The notes under the pieces are model-generated. The model saw only the letters and a program-made list of their open reading frames with translations, was not told where the DNA came from and ran no database searches. From contig CAVQRS010000003.1 in NCBI GenBank assembly GCA_963715345.1, forward strand, positions 1,398-65,397: a stretch of 64,000 bases of DNA. The letters are read 5' to 3'. Source of the DNA: an uncultured Gammaproteobacteria bacterium (GTDB taxonomy: Bacteria > Pseudomonadota > Gammaproteobacteria > Pseudomonadales > Halieaceae). Both the position numbers and the translations under genes were made by a program. The stretch's first letter is position 1. Every line of letters begins with the position of its first letter. Of the stretch, positions 31,428 to 41,040 are shown piece after piece.

Positions 31428-31475
31428 CCGGTCAACACACATGGCGGTAACGTGCCGGTGTTGACCGGGTTTTTT
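31428..31475 (+). terminator. Rho-independent terminator after the SYLF gene
   Basis: CCGGTCAACAC (31428-31438) pairs with GTGTTGACCGG (31458-31468), followed by G and TTTTTT (31470-31475). Confidence 0.7.
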
Positions 31476-31507
31476 GTCCGGCCCGGATATTACGGGACCC
31501 TCTTCAT

Positions 31508-33250
31508 ATGGCTCGCCTGATACTTGCTGTACTGCTGCTGGCGGTGGCAGTCGTGGTACTGGTGCTGGGCTATCTCCAATTTGCCGACCTCAATAAATAT
31601 AAGGCCCTGCTCGAGGCAGAGGTGGCCGAGGCTACCGGACGGGAATTTACTCTCGAGGAAATGGATCTGGAGCTCTTGCCCGCGTTGCGATTTGTCGCAC
31701 ACGGTGTAAGCCTGGCCAGCCCTGACTGGGCTAGCGAACCGCAGATGCTGCAACTGGGCACGCTGGTAGCCGTTGTAAAGCCCGCTTCGCTGCTCTTTGG
31801 TCCGCCTCAAATCGAGAGCATTACCCTCGAGGATGTTGTGCTCCTGCTGGAAACCGACCCCGGCGGCGACCTCAACTGGAGTCTGGACCAGGGTGTTGCG
31901 GGGGCGGGCAAGGGGTCGGGTGAGCGGCCGGATGAGTCCGGCTTATCGCGCCCGATGCCGGTAAAGCTGGGTAAGGTCACTGTCAGCCACCTGCTGGTCA
32001 AACGACGCCAGCCCGGCAGGGCCGAGCAGCGGCTTGCACTGGATGAGCTGGTGATCAAACCCGAAGCCGCCGGCGTCATGGAGCTGGCGGGATCCGGCAA
32101 GGTTGGCTCGCTGGCCTTCGACGTCGCGGCCGGGTTGGCAATGTCCCGGGAGGAAGTCGCCATAAACCCACTGCAGTTGCGAATTGGCTCAAGCGACATG
32201 GGCGGCAGTATCAGGCTTGATTCCGATGGCTTCCGGTTGACCCAGGTCGACCTGACATCAAAGAAACTGGACCTTACTGAACTGCTGGGCGAGGAGGGGG
32301 CGGGAGCCACTTCCAGTGCGGGTACCCGGACCTCGCACCCTGCATCGGCTGAGGGAAAGGGCGGGTACATATTTGTCGACGATCCGCTGCCACTGGAACA
32401 GCTGCGGCATTACGCGATGGAGTTCAGGCTGTCGGTAGAGGAGCTGGTCGGTAGCACCGTCACCCTGGAGAACCTGAACGCGGCCGGCAGCCTGCGGGAA
32501 GGGGAATTGAATGCCGATGTTGAATTCGCGACGCCAGTCGGGGCGCGCAGCGCATCCCGCATCAGGCTGAAGGCCCTCGGTGACGACGCGCAATTGCAGG
32601 CGTCAGTAACTGCGCGGGACCTGCGGCTGAATATCGCCTCGGGAAAAGGCGCGCAGCCCGGGCAGATTCCACCGATCAGCCTCTCCCTGAACGCAACCTC
32701 CTCAGGCGGATCGCCCCGGGCACTGGCCGCCGGCAGCAATGGCGACCTGCTTATCACCATTGGCCAGGGCCGAATCGATAACAAGCTCGTGGGGCGGGTG
32801 TCAGGCGATATCCTGGCGGAATTGTCCGCGGCACTTAACCCTTTTTCGAAGAAGGACTCCTACACCACCTTCGAATGCGGCGTCATGAAATTTCTGGTCG
32901 AGGACGGCATGGCCACCCTGGACCCCATGGTGCTGCAGGGAGAAAAGGTGACGATACTGGCCGATGGAACAGTCGACCTGAATACCGAGAAACTTGATAT
33001 CAAGTTCAATACCCAGCCGCGCGAGGGAATTGGCGTGAGTGCGGACATGTTCGTGACGCCTTTCGTCGCCCTGCGGGGCACGCTGGCAAACCCCACCGTC
33101 GGGGCCAACAAGACCGGGGCGCTGGTTGCGGCGGGCACCGGGGGGCTGTCCCTTTTCCTGCGGGGAGCCTGGGACCGTCTGGGCGGTAGCCGCAACCACT
33201 GCAAGGAGACCCTGCCTTCATTCACCCACCCGCCGTTGGCAGGTGAGTGA
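31508..33250 (+). CDS. AsmA-family protein
   Basis: N-terminal anchor MARLILAVLLLAVAVVVLVLGYL followed by DLNKYKALLEAEVAEATGREFTLEE. Repetitive beta-rich body. The C-terminal region is conserved in AsmA-like proteins. Confidence 0.75.
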   Translation: MARLILAVLLLAVAVVVLVLGYLQFADLNKYKALLEAEVAEATGREFTLEEMDLELLPALRFVAHGVSLASPDWASEPQMLQLGTLVAVVKPASLLFGPPQIESITLEDVVLLLETDPGGDLNWSLDQGVAGAGKGSGERPDESGLSRPMPVKLGKVTVSHLLVKRRQPGRAEQRLALDELVIKPEAAGVMELAGSGKVGSLAFDVAAGLAMSREEVAINPLQLRIGSSDMGGSIRLDSDGFRLTQVDLTSKKLDLTELLGEEGAGATSSAGTRTSHPASAEGKGGYIFVDDPLPLEQLRHYAMEFRLSVEELVGSTVTLENLNAAGSLREGELNADVEFATPVGARSASRIRLKALGDDAQLQASVTARDLRLNIASGKGAQPGQIPPISLSLNATSSGGSPRALAAGSNGDLLITIGQGRIDNKLVGRVSGDILAELSAALNPFSKKDSYTTFECGVMKFLVEDGMATLDPMVLQGEKVTILADGTVDLNTEKLDIKFNTQPREGIGVSADMFVTPFVALRGTLANPTVGANKTGALVAAGTGGLSLFLRGAWDRLGGSRNHCKETLPSFTHPPLAGE

Positions 33251-33459
33251 TCCGATTTGATCGGCTTTGCGTCGTGCTTTTCGGCAGGTGTCCACAGGGG
33301 TTACCTGCCGATTGTGCGGTAATTTACCAATTTCTTTTGTTGTTAATGTGAATTAAGCTTGCGACAGTCGAAAGTAGGGCCGGCGCAGCCTCCAGGGGTC
33401 GAATGGTTGCCGCGGCCTCTGGTTCGGTGAATGTGCATTTATAAACATGGAGAGAAACA

Positions 33460-34563
33460 ATGAATATCAGCAAAAAACTGGCGCTCGTCGCCTTGCTGGT
33501 CCCGATGCTGGCGGCTGGTGTCGCTTACGCTGCGGAACCGGGCTTCTACCTGGGCGCCGGTGCCGGCCAGTCCACATTGAAGACGGACTTGAACAACGGG
33601 ATAGAGATCGACGACGACGATACCGGATACAAGGCTTTCCTCGGTTACCAGTTCGTGCCGTGGCTCGGCCTGGAAGCCGGCTATGTGGAACTGGGCAGCG
33701 GGGACAATGATCGCACCTTGCCCAACGGCAACAGGATCGACGGGAGACTGGACGTTGGTGGCTGGGAAGGATACCTGGTCCCGAGCTTGCCTCTCGGTGA
33801 GCATTTCGAGATTTTCGGCAAGATAGGCGGGTTCAACGGCGATATAACAGCGGACGGCAAAATCAAGGACCCCAGTGGGTCGAGGATCTCGAAATTTGAC
33901 GAGAGCAGCGACAACGAAAGCATGTGGGCCTATGGTGGTGGCGTCGCGTGGAACTTTGGCAAAGGTCACTGGAGCCTCCGCGCAGAGTACATCAACTATG
34001 ACGCCGACGATGTAGACGACCTGTACATGGTTTCGGGGAGCCTCGTGTACCGATTCTTCAGCCCCAAGCCCGCAGTTGTCGCGGCAGCACCGGTAGTGGC
34101 TGCGGCGGAGTGCCTGGACGGGGACGGCGATGGTGTTTGCGACCCTGTGGACCAGTGTCCGACCACTCCGTCAGGCGCCAAGGTGGATTCCATGGGATGT
34201 ACCTGTCACTACAGCATGAACCTGGAGTTTGGGTTTGACTCTGCCGAGTTGAGCATCAACGACATGGTCCAGCTCGACGGACTCATTCCTGTTCTGACCA
34301 ACCCCAAGGTGAGCTTCATTGGCGGCAAGATCGATGGTTACACCGACAGTATCGGTAGTGAAGCCTACAACATGGGCCTGTCCCAGCGTCGGGCCGATGC
34401 GGTGATGGAGTACCTTGAGTCCAAGGGTGCCAGCCTGACCGGTCGTTTCACCGCCACCGGTTACGGCGAAGCCGATCCGGTTGCCAGCAACGACACCGAG
34501 GAAGGCCGCGCCCAGAACCGTCGCGTGGTACTGCACCGGACCGACTGCGACCACTCGAAGTAA
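33460..34563 (+). CDS. OmpA-family outer-membrane protein (barrel + TSP3-like Ca-binding repeat + OmpA_C)
   Basis: Signal peptide and an N-terminal barrel. DGDGDGVCDPVDQCP. OmpA_C motif GYTDSIGSEAYNMGLSQRRADAV...NRRVVL. Confidence 0.88.
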   Translation: MNISKKLALVALLVPMLAAGVAYAAEPGFYLGAGAGQSTLKTDLNNGIEIDDDDTGYKAFLGYQFVPWLGLEAGYVELGSGDNDRTLPNGNRIDGRLDVGGWEGYLVPSLPLGEHFEIFGKIGGFNGDITADGKIKDPSGSRISKFDESSDNESMWAYGGGVAWNFGKGHWSLRAEYINYDADDVDDLYMVSGSLVYRFFSPKPAVVAAAPVVAAAECLDGDGDGVCDPVDQCPTTPSGAKVDSMGCTCHYSMNLEFGFDSAELSINDMVQLDGLIPVLTNPKVSFIGGKIDGYTDSIGSEAYNMGLSQRRADAVMEYLESKGASLTGRFTATGYGEADPVASNDTEEGRAQNRRVVLHRTDCDHSK

Positions 34564-34587
34564 CGCAGAACGTCTGAGGTAAACCGG

Positions 34588-34618
34588 GCCCGCTGGAGCA
34601 ATCCAGCGGGCTTTTTTT
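34588..34618 (+). terminator. Rho-independent terminator after ompA-family gene
   Basis: GCCCGCTGGA-GCAA-TCCAGCGGGC (10-bp stem, GNRA loop) followed by TTTTTTT (34612-34618). Confidence 0.8.
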
Positions 34619-34636
34619 GTCTGGTCGAATGAGCAG

Positions 34637-35722
34637 TCAGGGGTTGGCCCTGAGGTCCTCTTCCACGTAGCGCAGCAGCGCTTCGAGGAAAGCTTCCCGC
34701 GGGTAATCATTGTGATTGACCACTGTGCTGCCGATGAGTGAGTGACTCCTGGCAATCGGAACGGCCATGGCCCAGTGATCCGCGTTGACAAATGCGGTTA
34801 GTGTGGAGCCGGGAATGATCTGGTCGAAAATAATTAACTGGGTGTCGTTGCGGGCGTCTCTCTCGCCCAGCAGGAGATAGGAGCTTTCAAGCATCCAGGA
34901 CACCCTGTCAGGTTCGGGAAAAGTAACCACTGAAAAATAGCGCACGGTGGCAGGAAGCGGGTGCTCTGCCAGCCACTGCGTGCGCACCTCGGGTCGCAGG
35001 CTGGCCACCCCGTCGTTGTCGCCGTCCTCCTTCTCGCAGCTGGAGCCTGGCACCATGGTAAGCATATTAGCCATGGCCTGGCTGGCATCCACCGCCAGCG
35101 GCGAACCTTTGATAGCTCCGGACAGACTGATTACTGCTGATACCCGTGCTGTCAATTGCGGGTAGCTGGTAATCGCCTCCAGGATGTCGGGGGTTCCCTT
35201 GGAATAGCCAATCAGGATCAGGGGACGCCCGGCATCTTCTTCCGGCAGTGCCGCCACGTAGTCCATTATGATCTTTGCATTGCTGGCGGTGCTCGACAGG
35301 CCGTCAATCGGGACAGTGCGCAACTCATAACCGAAACGCGCCACGTGCGCAGGTGCGCTGCCGCTGAGGTCGAGCCAATTCTCAAAGCAATTCCAGCCAA
35401 GGCCCGGCACCAGCAGCACCAGGTAATTGGCGGTACTCGGAGCGAGATCCACGGGCTGGCCGTCAGCGCCGTTCTCTGGCCCCACATACCTCAGAGCCTC
35501 GGTGCAGGGCCGGTAATCAGGCAGGTCGTGTCCGTGCTGCTCCAGTACCTCACAATAGATCTCCCGGAAGCGACCGCGGCCGTCCGTGAGGTTCTCGGAA
35601 TCCGCGAGTAGTTGCAGGTCATGGGCGGTATCCGCTGGTTCCTGCGGCGGCAGACTTGCACAGGCCGTTAACAGCAGGGTGGCCAGTAGCGGCAGGGCTC
35701 CAGCAGGTCGATACAGTTTCAT
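34637..35722 (-). CDS. Alpha/beta-hydrolase lipoprotein (lipase/esterase-like)
   Basis: I chose the start at 35722 (MKLYRPAGALPLLATLLLTACAS, a lipobox). Nucleophile elbow LIGYSKGTPD. The listed ORF extends to 35878. Confidence 0.65.
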   Translation of the reverse strand: MKLYRPAGALPLLATLLLTACASLPPQEPADTAHDLQLLADSENLTDGRGRFREIYCEVLEQHGHDLPDYRPCTEALRYVGPENGADGQPVDLAPSTANYLVLLVPGLGWNCFENWLDLSGSAPAHVARFGYELRTVPIDGLSSTASNAKIIMDYVAALPEEDAGRPLILIGYSKGTPDILEAITSYPQLTARVSAVISLSGAIKGSPLAVDASQAMANMLTMVPGSSCEKEDGDNDGVASLRPEVRTQWLAEHPLPATVRYFSVVTFPEPDRVSWMLESSYLLLGERDARNDTQLIIFDQIIPGSTLTAFVNADHWAMAVPIARSHSLIGSTVVNHNDYPREAFLEALLRYVEEDLRANP

Positions 35723-35898
35723 GCGTGGCGTAGCCCCTGGCTTCAAGTCCGACAATGTATGATGCGATACCCCGGACTGGTTTTCTATGACATCTTTTAG
35801 CCGGTAGATATATCGGTAAAATAGACAGCTGGTTTGTGGATGTGCTATAGACACTACGCACCTTCGATAATTACACAATTAATAGAGAGCTTCTGTTT

Positions 35899-37479
35899 TT
35901 GGCTTATTCCCCCTTTTTGATTCGCCCTGTTCGCGCATATTTTACTGTAGCCAAAGCTTTGCTGTTGATAGCTTTTGCGGCTTTGGCCCTGCTTGCCGGC
36001 TGCTCTTCCGGCGGCATGAAGAAAGATATCGTCAAGCTGCCGCCGAGCTATGCGATGCCCCCCGCCACCACCGGTTTGCTGGCAGATGTCGCCGCAGAGA
36101 TAATGGCGGAGCACGGTGAGGAATTTTCGGGATTCCGGGTGCTCGACACTAGCCATGGCGGCCTGTACTGGCGCCTGGCGCTCATCGATTCCGCAGTGTC
36201 TTCACTGGATATTCAAACCTATCTTTGGTACCCCGATGTCAGTGGCAAGCTGATACTGGAGCGCGCGGTACTGGCGGCCGAGCGGGGAGTGAAAGTACGG
36301 CTCATTGTAGACGACCTGCTGCTGCAGGGTCACGACCAGCTTATCGCCAATCTGGAAGCCCAGCCCAATATCGAGTTTCGTATCTTCAACCCCTGGACCG
36401 AGCGCGGGAACATCCTGCAGCGGGCCGGGCAGATGCTTGCGGAAATGGAGAGGCTCAATTCGCGCATGCATGACAAGTTGCTGATTGCCGACGGCAGGGC
36501 CGCGGTCATTGGCGGTCGGAATATCGGCGATCACTATTTTGGCCTGAACGAGGTTTATAATTTTCACGATACCGACCTGCTGGGTATCGGGGAAATTGCC
36601 AGCCAGGCCAATGGCATGTTCGATGCTTTCTGGAACAGTAACTGGGTGGTCTCTGCGCAGAACCTGACCGCGGTGGCTGATAAGGAGGTCGCGCAACAGC
36701 AATGGCAGGTTCTGCTGGATAGTGTAGCTAACGCCCCACAGTTGGAACAGTTTCCACGCGAGCCCAAAGACTGGACATCCGAGATACGGGCCTACGTCCC
36801 TGAACTGCGTATGGGTCGCAGCAAAATGGTTTATGACGAGGCTGCCGCCAACCAGATTCACCAGAAAGTCATTGCCAGCATGTTCAACTTCTTTGGCATG
36901 GCGCAGAAGGAACTGTTGATCATGAATGCCTATATCATTCCCGGACAGAGGGCGATCGATACTATGCAGGCGCTTGGCGATAAGGGGGTGGATGTGCGCA
37001 TTCTCACCAATTCACTGGCCACCCATGACGTGCCGGCGGTGAACAGCCACTACGAGCCCTGGCGTGACGACCTGATCAAGGCCGGCGTCGAGCTTTTCGA
37101 ACTCAGGCCCGATGCCGCGATCAAGCCCGCCATCGTCGATGTTGCGCCGGTCGTTTCGGAATTTATCGGCCTGCACAGCAAAACTGCAGTGATCGACGGG
37201 CGCTATGTGTTTGTCGGCTCGATGAACCTCGATCCGCGATCCGCCGAGATAAATACGGAAATGGGTGTATTCGTCGACTCTCCTGAGCTTGCCAGGGAGG
37301 TGGGGGATATGATCAGGCGCGACATGTCCCCGGAGAACGCCTGGCATGTGCAATTGAACGATGATGGTGAGGTTTACTGGGAAGACAGCAACGGTATCCT
37401 GACGGACCAGCCAGCCCGCAGTGGCATGCAACGGGTCATGAACCAGCTGATGAAGCTGGGACCCGTGGATCAATACTGA
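35899..37479 (+). CDS. Phospholipase D-family protein (two HKD motifs), lipoprotein
   Basis: Lipobox LLAGCSS. HKD-1 is MHDKLLIADGRAAVIGGRNIGDHY and HKD-2 is LHSKTAVIDGRYVFVGSMNLDPRS. The TTG start is uncertain. Confidence 0.85.
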   Translation: MAYSPFLIRPVRAYFTVAKALLLIAFAALALLAGCSSGGMKKDIVKLPPSYAMPPATTGLLADVAAEIMAEHGEEFSGFRVLDTSHGGLYWRLALIDSAVSSLDIQTYLWYPDVSGKLILERAVLAAERGVKVRLIVDDLLLQGHDQLIANLEAQPNIEFRIFNPWTERGNILQRAGQMLAEMERLNSRMHDKLLIADGRAAVIGGRNIGDHYFGLNEVYNFHDTDLLGIGEIASQANGMFDAFWNSNWVVSAQNLTAVADKEVAQQQWQVLLDSVANAPQLEQFPREPKDWTSEIRAYVPELRMGRSKMVYDEAAANQIHQKVIASMFNFFGMAQKELLIMNAYIIPGQRAIDTMQALGDKGVDVRILTNSLATHDVPAVNSHYEPWRDDLIKAGVELFELRPDAAIKPAIVDVAPVVSEFIGLHSKTAVIDGRYVFVGSMNLDPRSAEINTEMGVFVDSPELAREVGDMIRRDMSPENAWHVQLNDDGEVYWEDSNGILTDQPARSGMQRVMNQLMKLGPVDQY

Positions 37480-37513
37480 TTCTCGTGCAGCTGCCCCCGA
37501 GTCCCCTGCCAAT

Positions 37514-38842
37514 ATGAGCCGGTTTTTCCAGGCCGCCAGCCACCGGGTGATTCACTTGCCTGGCGGCAAGCATAGCCTTTATCGCCAGGCGACACTGCTG
37601 GGTTTAACCCTCGGCATTCTGCTGATAGCAGGCTGCGGCATGCAGCCCTATCGTGGCGCCAGTGTGGAGGCAGCGCCGTTTCTGGCGCGCTCCATTGTGC
37701 AGGAGGATGGCCCCCTGCGGGTCACGGCAGCCGTGCCGGATGCCGGGGAAACCCTGGCGTTGACCGGCCTGGACCTTTACTCGCAGGGCATACAGCCGGT
37801 CTGGCTGAAGGTGGAAAATACGGGTGACGCGCCGGCGCGTATTACCTTGTGGAGCATTGACCGGAATTACTTCTCCCCGATCGAAGTCGCCTACATGAAT
37901 CGCAAGCGGTTCAGCTCCGGTGGCTACGAAGCAATGCAGCGCTGGTTTTACGATAACGCGCTGCCGCGGGTAGTGCCGGCTGGGGAAGCTCGCTCGGGGC
38001 TGGTGTTCACGTACCTCACACCCGGTACCAAGGGTTTCAACCTGGACGTTTTCAGCAGCCGCGTCAGCCATAACTTCACGTTTTTCGTACCCATGCCGGG
38101 GTTTACGCCTGACTACATGCGAGTAGACTTCGCTGCCCTTTACCGTGCCGATGAAATCCGCCAACTCGATATCGCGAGCCTCAAGCCCTTACTCGAGGAG
38201 GAGCTTCCCTGCTGCGCCGGAGGTCCCGAGGAGGGCGATGTAGGTGGCCCACTGAATGTCGTATTTGTGGCGACCCCGCTGGCGTTGCGCCGGTCGCTGC
38301 TGCGCGCTGGCTGGCAGGAAACGGAAGCAGAGTCCGAGGATAGCGCGCGAGCAAGGCAGCGGCGTTTTGACGGGCGTGCCCCCGACGCCATTTTCCATTT
38401 GGAGCGCAAGGATGGCGACGAGCGCCTTGGCCTGCTGTTGTGGCGGGCACCCTGGGACGTCGATGGTGAGCCCGGCTGGGTGGGGGTGGTTTATTATACG
38501 GTGCTTGAAAAGGCGTTCCTGGCCCGCCTGGAAAGTGGCTCGACCGTGCGGGACTCGGCGTTTCTTTCCCGCTTTGCCAATGAAAGCGTTTCCGCCGACA
38601 TCGACAGTGCCAGCCGTCTTATGGTGCAACGATTCTGGTACAGCCAGTCCCTGGCGAAACTAGGCCTCGTGAGGGGTGTCGGTGAGGCCACCGTTGATAA
38701 CCCGCATGTGACTTTTGATGGGACCTCGTACTTGACCGACGGCCTCCGTCAGGTGCTTTTTCTCTCGGAAACACCCGTCGCACTGGACGATGCTGAAGAA
38801 ATCTTTGGAAGGGATTATCTCCAGACCGGGGCGATACCATGA
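37514..38842 (+). CDS. LssY_C-like lipoprotein, divergent paralogue 1
   Basis: Lipobox LLIAGCG. Collinear with the next gene (QPVWLKVENTGD vs QPVWVQVENRSD; GPLNVVFVATPLALRRSLLRAGWQETE vs DPLNLVFIGETLDLYYAFLRAGWDETE). It lacks the THKIDPDVD block of paralogue 2. Confidence 0.55.
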   Translation: MSRFFQAASHRVIHLPGGKHSLYRQATLLGLTLGILLIAGCGMQPYRGASVEAAPFLARSIVQEDGPLRVTAAVPDAGETLALTGLDLYSQGIQPVWLKVENTGDAPARITLWSIDRNYFSPIEVAYMNRKRFSSGGYEAMQRWFYDNALPRVVPAGEARSGLVFTYLTPGTKGFNLDVFSSRVSHNFTFFVPMPGFTPDYMRVDFAALYRADEIRQLDIASLKPLLEEELPCCAGGPEEGDVGGPLNVVFVATPLALRRSLLRAGWQETEAESEDSARARQRRFDGRAPDAIFHLERKDGDERLGLLLWRAPWDVDGEPGWVGVVYYTVLEKAFLARLESGSTVRDSAFLSRFANESVSADIDSASRLMVQRFWYSQSLAKLGLVRGVGEATVDNPHVTFDGTSYLTDGLRQVLFLSETPVALDDAEEIFGRDYLQTGAIP

Positions 38843-40113
38843 TGAAGCGGGCACTGCACGGGGCTTGTGCGCAGCTGCTTTGCCTGCTCCTGCTTGGGGT
38901 GCCGGCAGCCCTTGCTCAGCAGGGCAGACCGCTGTTCCAGGGTGAGCAGACTCCGCCCCCCAATGATCGCCTGTACACCAGTACCGAGCGCGACCTGTCT
39001 GTCACCACTGCGGTGCCCAGTGCCGAGGAGACCAAAAGCATTTTCGGTGCGGACCTGTACCGTAAAAATATCCAGCCGGTCTGGGTCCAGGTGGAAAATC
39101 GGAGTGACGAAACCCTTTTCCTCACCCCGGTAAGCCTGGATCCGGCCTACTACAGCGCACGGGAATCCGCCAGCCGGATCCGCGCCGACACCGATGCGCA
39201 GCGCAGCGCGGAGCTTGAGCGCAGTGGGATAAAACGCTTGCTGGTCGAGCCCAGGAGCATCCAGTCGGGTTACATTTTCACCTCGGTAGACGAGGGCACC
39301 AAGTCCTTCAACGTCGATGTGATCGGCGGGGGTGAACCCTACCTGATGTCGTTTTTTGTTCCCGTGCCCGGCCTCAAACTGGACCACTACGAGGTGGACA
39401 TCCAGGGCATGTATTCCGAGCAGGAAATAGTCAACGTGGACCTGCCGCAACTCGTGGCGCAGCTGGAGACAATGCCCTGCTGTGTGCGCGACGCCGCGGG
39501 GAAGGATCGGGGTGATCCCCTCAACCTGGTGTTTATCGGTGAAACGCTGGACCTGTACTATGCGTTTTTGCGCGCAGGCTGGGATGAAACCGAAACCATC
39601 TACAGCAGCTCACTGCTCAAGACCGCCGCCTCGGCTCTCACGGGAGGTCGTTATCGTTACTCCCCGGTAAGTGCCCTGTACGTCTTCGGTCGCTCCCAGG
39701 ATGTGGCGATGCAGCGGGCGCGCAGCAGCATCCATGAGCGCAATCACCTGCGTCTGTGGCTGACACCGCTGCGACTGGAGGGGAAGCCGGTGTGGATAGG
39801 CCAGATCAGCCGCGACATCGGCGTTCATTTTACCTGGCGCACCATCACCACCCACAAGATCGACCCTGATGTGGATGAGACCCGGGAATTTCTGCTGGAA
39901 GACATGGCCTATTCCCAGTCCCTGGAGAAGTTCGGCTATGTCGGTGGGGTCGGTCCTGCGCCCTATGACCGCCCGCGCGGAAACCTGACCGGGGATCCCT
40001 ATTTTACCGACGGCCAGCGCCTGGTGATGTGGGTCGCCGAAGAGCAGCGTTCCATCAGCGACATCGAGGTGATGGATCTCTCTCCCTGGTATACCGGTAA
40101 TACAGGGGACTGA
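38839..40113 (+). CDS. LssY C-terminal-domain protein, paralogue 2 (secreted)
   Basis: Signal peptide. NLVFIG, ERNHLRLW, KPVWIGQISRDIG and THKIDPDVDETREF blocks match my recollection of the Pfam LssY_C family. The start overlaps the upstream stop (ATGA). Confidence 0.65.
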   Translation: MMKRALHGACAQLLCLLLLGVPAALAQQGRPLFQGEQTPPPNDRLYTSTERDLSVTTAVPSAEETKSIFGADLYRKNIQPVWVQVENRSDETLFLTPVSLDPAYYSARESASRIRADTDAQRSAELERSGIKRLLVEPRSIQSGYIFTSVDEGTKSFNVDVIGGGEPYLMSFFVPVPGLKLDHYEVDIQGMYSEQEIVNVDLPQLVAQLETMPCCVRDAAGKDRGDPLNLVFIGETLDLYYAFLRAGWDETETIYSSSLLKTAASALTGGRYRYSPVSALYVFGRSQDVAMQRARSSIHERNHLRLWLTPLRLEGKPVWIGQISRDIGVHFTWRTITTHKIDPDVDETREFLLEDMAYSQSLEKFGYVGGVGPAPYDRPRGNLTGDPYFTDGQRLVMWVAEEQRSISDIEVMDLSPWYTGNTGD

Positions 40114-40215
40114 AGCCGGTAGCCACTCGCCCCAGGCGACACTGTCGGGCCTGCAGCTGATTCAAATCAAGGTGGCGCTGCCCAGGTCGGCTGATAATGG
40201 CGGCTGGAGGCTGCC

Positions 40216-41001
40216 ATGAGTGCCACTCACATTTACCTGTCATTGATACCCCAGGCCCTGATCGCCTCCATGCTGGAGCCGGCGGATTTCGGGCGCTACT
40301 ACGCGGTGGGCACCAAAGTGCATGCCCGGGGCGAGGCGATTTTCTTTGAGGTTGACCCAGCCGGTTTGCCAGAGGGTGAGTTTCCTCTCGAGCTGGCGGC
40401 CGAACGCTGCGTGGCCAAGCCCGATGGCAGCCCCAAAAAATCGGTCTACCTGGCGATCTACCGGGTGCTGTCGAGAATACCGGTGGCTGCCCTTGGCAGG
40501 CTCTACCTGGTAACCCGAAACGGCCGCACCCTGGCCCTGGATCGCGCTGACTATGCCGGCGAGCAGGGTCGTCGCGCCCATCTCTACCAGGAGTTCTGCC
40601 CGATCGATCCGATGGTCGCGAGCCTGCTGGAGCCGCTGGAATTCTGCCGGGCTATTACCGACCCGCAGCGGCCGGTCCACGTGCCGCGCATCGTATTTTC
40701 CCAGCTGTCCCTGCGGGGACTTGCCACCGACCCGGTAAACGGCCTGGCAAACGATCTGCCCTATCCGAATCTCGACCACCTGCGGGATGTGGTGGCTGAC
40801 CTGCTGGCGGGCGACGGCAAAAACAGCAAGCTGGTCCTGAAGCAGGTCAACGACGGCGTTTTCTATCGGACTGTCCGGGGCGGCTTCTACGTGGGTGACC
40901 AGGAGGATTTCGCGTTCTACCGCTTTCCCTCGGTGGCGGAGCTCGAGACCCATCACTTCAGCTGGTGGCGTTCGGCCCAGACGCCGAATATGGAAGTCTA
41001 G
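40216..41001 (+). CDS. Hypothetical cytoplasmic protein (no family recognised)
   Basis: 261-aa ORF with GGAGG 6 nt upstream of the ATG. No signal peptide or transmembrane segment. Coding-like composition. It ends 39 nt before hppA. Confidence 0.5.
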   Translation: MSATHIYLSLIPQALIASMLEPADFGRYYAVGTKVHARGEAIFFEVDPAGLPEGEFPLELAAERCVAKPDGSPKKSVYLAIYRVLSRIPVAALGRLYLVTRNGRTLALDRADYAGEQGRRAHLYQEFCPIDPMVASLLEPLEFCRAITDPQRPVHVPRIVFSQLSLRGLATDPVNGLANDLPYPNLDHLRDVVADLLAGDGKNSKLVLKQVNDGVFYRTVRGGFYVGDQEDFAFYRFPSVAELETHHFSWWRSAQTPNMEV

Positions 41002-41040
41002 GTAGACCTATGTCCGTTGCCGGCACAAGGCCATTGCACA

